This document shows, piece by piece, positions 48,813 to 49,183 of a stretch of DNA of 49,183 nt. Every line of letters starts with the position of its first letter. Positions within the stretch are counted from its first letter, which is position 1. The stretch spans positions 1-49,183 of the forward strand of contig JANOAV010000167.1 in NCBI GenBank assembly GCA_031411295.1, given 5' to 3'. This DNA is from Verrucomicrobiales bacterium (GTDB lineage: Bacteria > Verrucomicrobiota > Verrucomicrobiia > Verrucomicrobiales > V1-33). Position numbers and translations under genes: made by a program. Under the pieces are notes generated by a model that searched no databases, was not told the origin of the DNA, and saw only the letters and a program-made list of their open reading frames with translations.

Positions 48813-48889
48813 CTCCGACCTCCGACCTCCGACCTCCGACCTCCGACCTCCGACCTCCGACCTCCGACCTCCGACCTCCGACCTCCGAC
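48813..48889. repeat. perfect heptamer tandem repeat (CTCCGAC)x11
   Basis: 11 exact copies counted. On the minus strand the array begins 2 nt after the TAG stop of the FN3 gene. Confidence 0.97.
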
Positions 48890-48891
48890 CG

Positions 48892-49182
48892 CTACCCCAC
48901 CACCCACTCCACCGCCGCGGACATCCCGGCCTCGCCACCTTCATTCACCGCAGCCACCTGCACCGCCACCGTTTGCCCCGTCGTCAGCCCCTTCAGCGTA
49001 AATTCCAAGTCCTGCACCCGCTCCACGAAATGGAATTCCGTGTCCACGCCGATCACCTTTTGGAATACCCGATACCCCGTCGCCCTGCGCGCGTGCTTCC
49101 AAGCCGCCAGCCCTTTACCTGGCCCCGCTGGCGTCACCGATAGCCCCGTCACCACCTCCGGCGGCGTGGGATCAGCCGGAAT
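48892..49182 (-). CDS. fibronectin type III domain protein (C-terminal part; runs off the window)
   Basis: The frame is open to the window edge (IPADPTPPEVVTGL...W...ATGYRVF...LKGLTTGQTVAVQVAAVNEGGE), an FN3 pattern. Confidence 0.75.
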   Translation of the reverse strand: MPADPTPPEVVTGLSVTPAGPGKGLAAWKHARRATGYRVFQKVIGVDTEFHFVERVQDLEFTLKGLTTGQTVAVQVAAVNEGGEAGMSAAVEWVVG

Positions 49183-49183
49183 G

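Noticed and set aside
48813..48889. CRISPR array
   Set aside because: These are contiguous 7-mers with no spacers, and no cas genes are present.

Overview
This is a densely coding bacterial window with a gene repertoire typical of the PVC superphylum, most likely Verrucomicrobiota (inference). From left to right it carries: a PVC-type CxxCH heme/beta-propeller protein, a DUF1501 protein, a YHYH/FN3 secreted protein opposite an OmpR-family two-component pair, a DUF1549/DUF1553 planctomycete cytochrome, two DUF1592-DUF1552 gene pairs, a thioredoxin-like/PDZ protein, a PQQ-type beta-propeller, six tandem Cys-type sulfatases, a MotA/ExbB-like gene with two ExbD-like genes, an MdtC-like RND transporter with a NodT-like outer membrane factor, and a partial FN3 gene. 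The most striking feature is a four-helix-bundle (IVS/Avd-like) gene sitting between a DUF1592 and a DUF1552 gene. It lies within four arrays of a degenerate CAAGAAC heptamer in alternating orientations. Two arrays end at start codons and one encodes a signal peptide. This layout could loop the gene out of the mRNA or delete it cleanly from the DNA. Other short-period repeats also occur: (CTCCGAC)x11, an in-frame 9-mer insert in a cytochrome gene, and an intergenic 9-mer. There are REP/REPIN-like hairpins. No rRNA, tRNA, CRISPR array, transposase or reverse transcriptase was recognised. All family assignments come from motif recognition by eye, not database searches.
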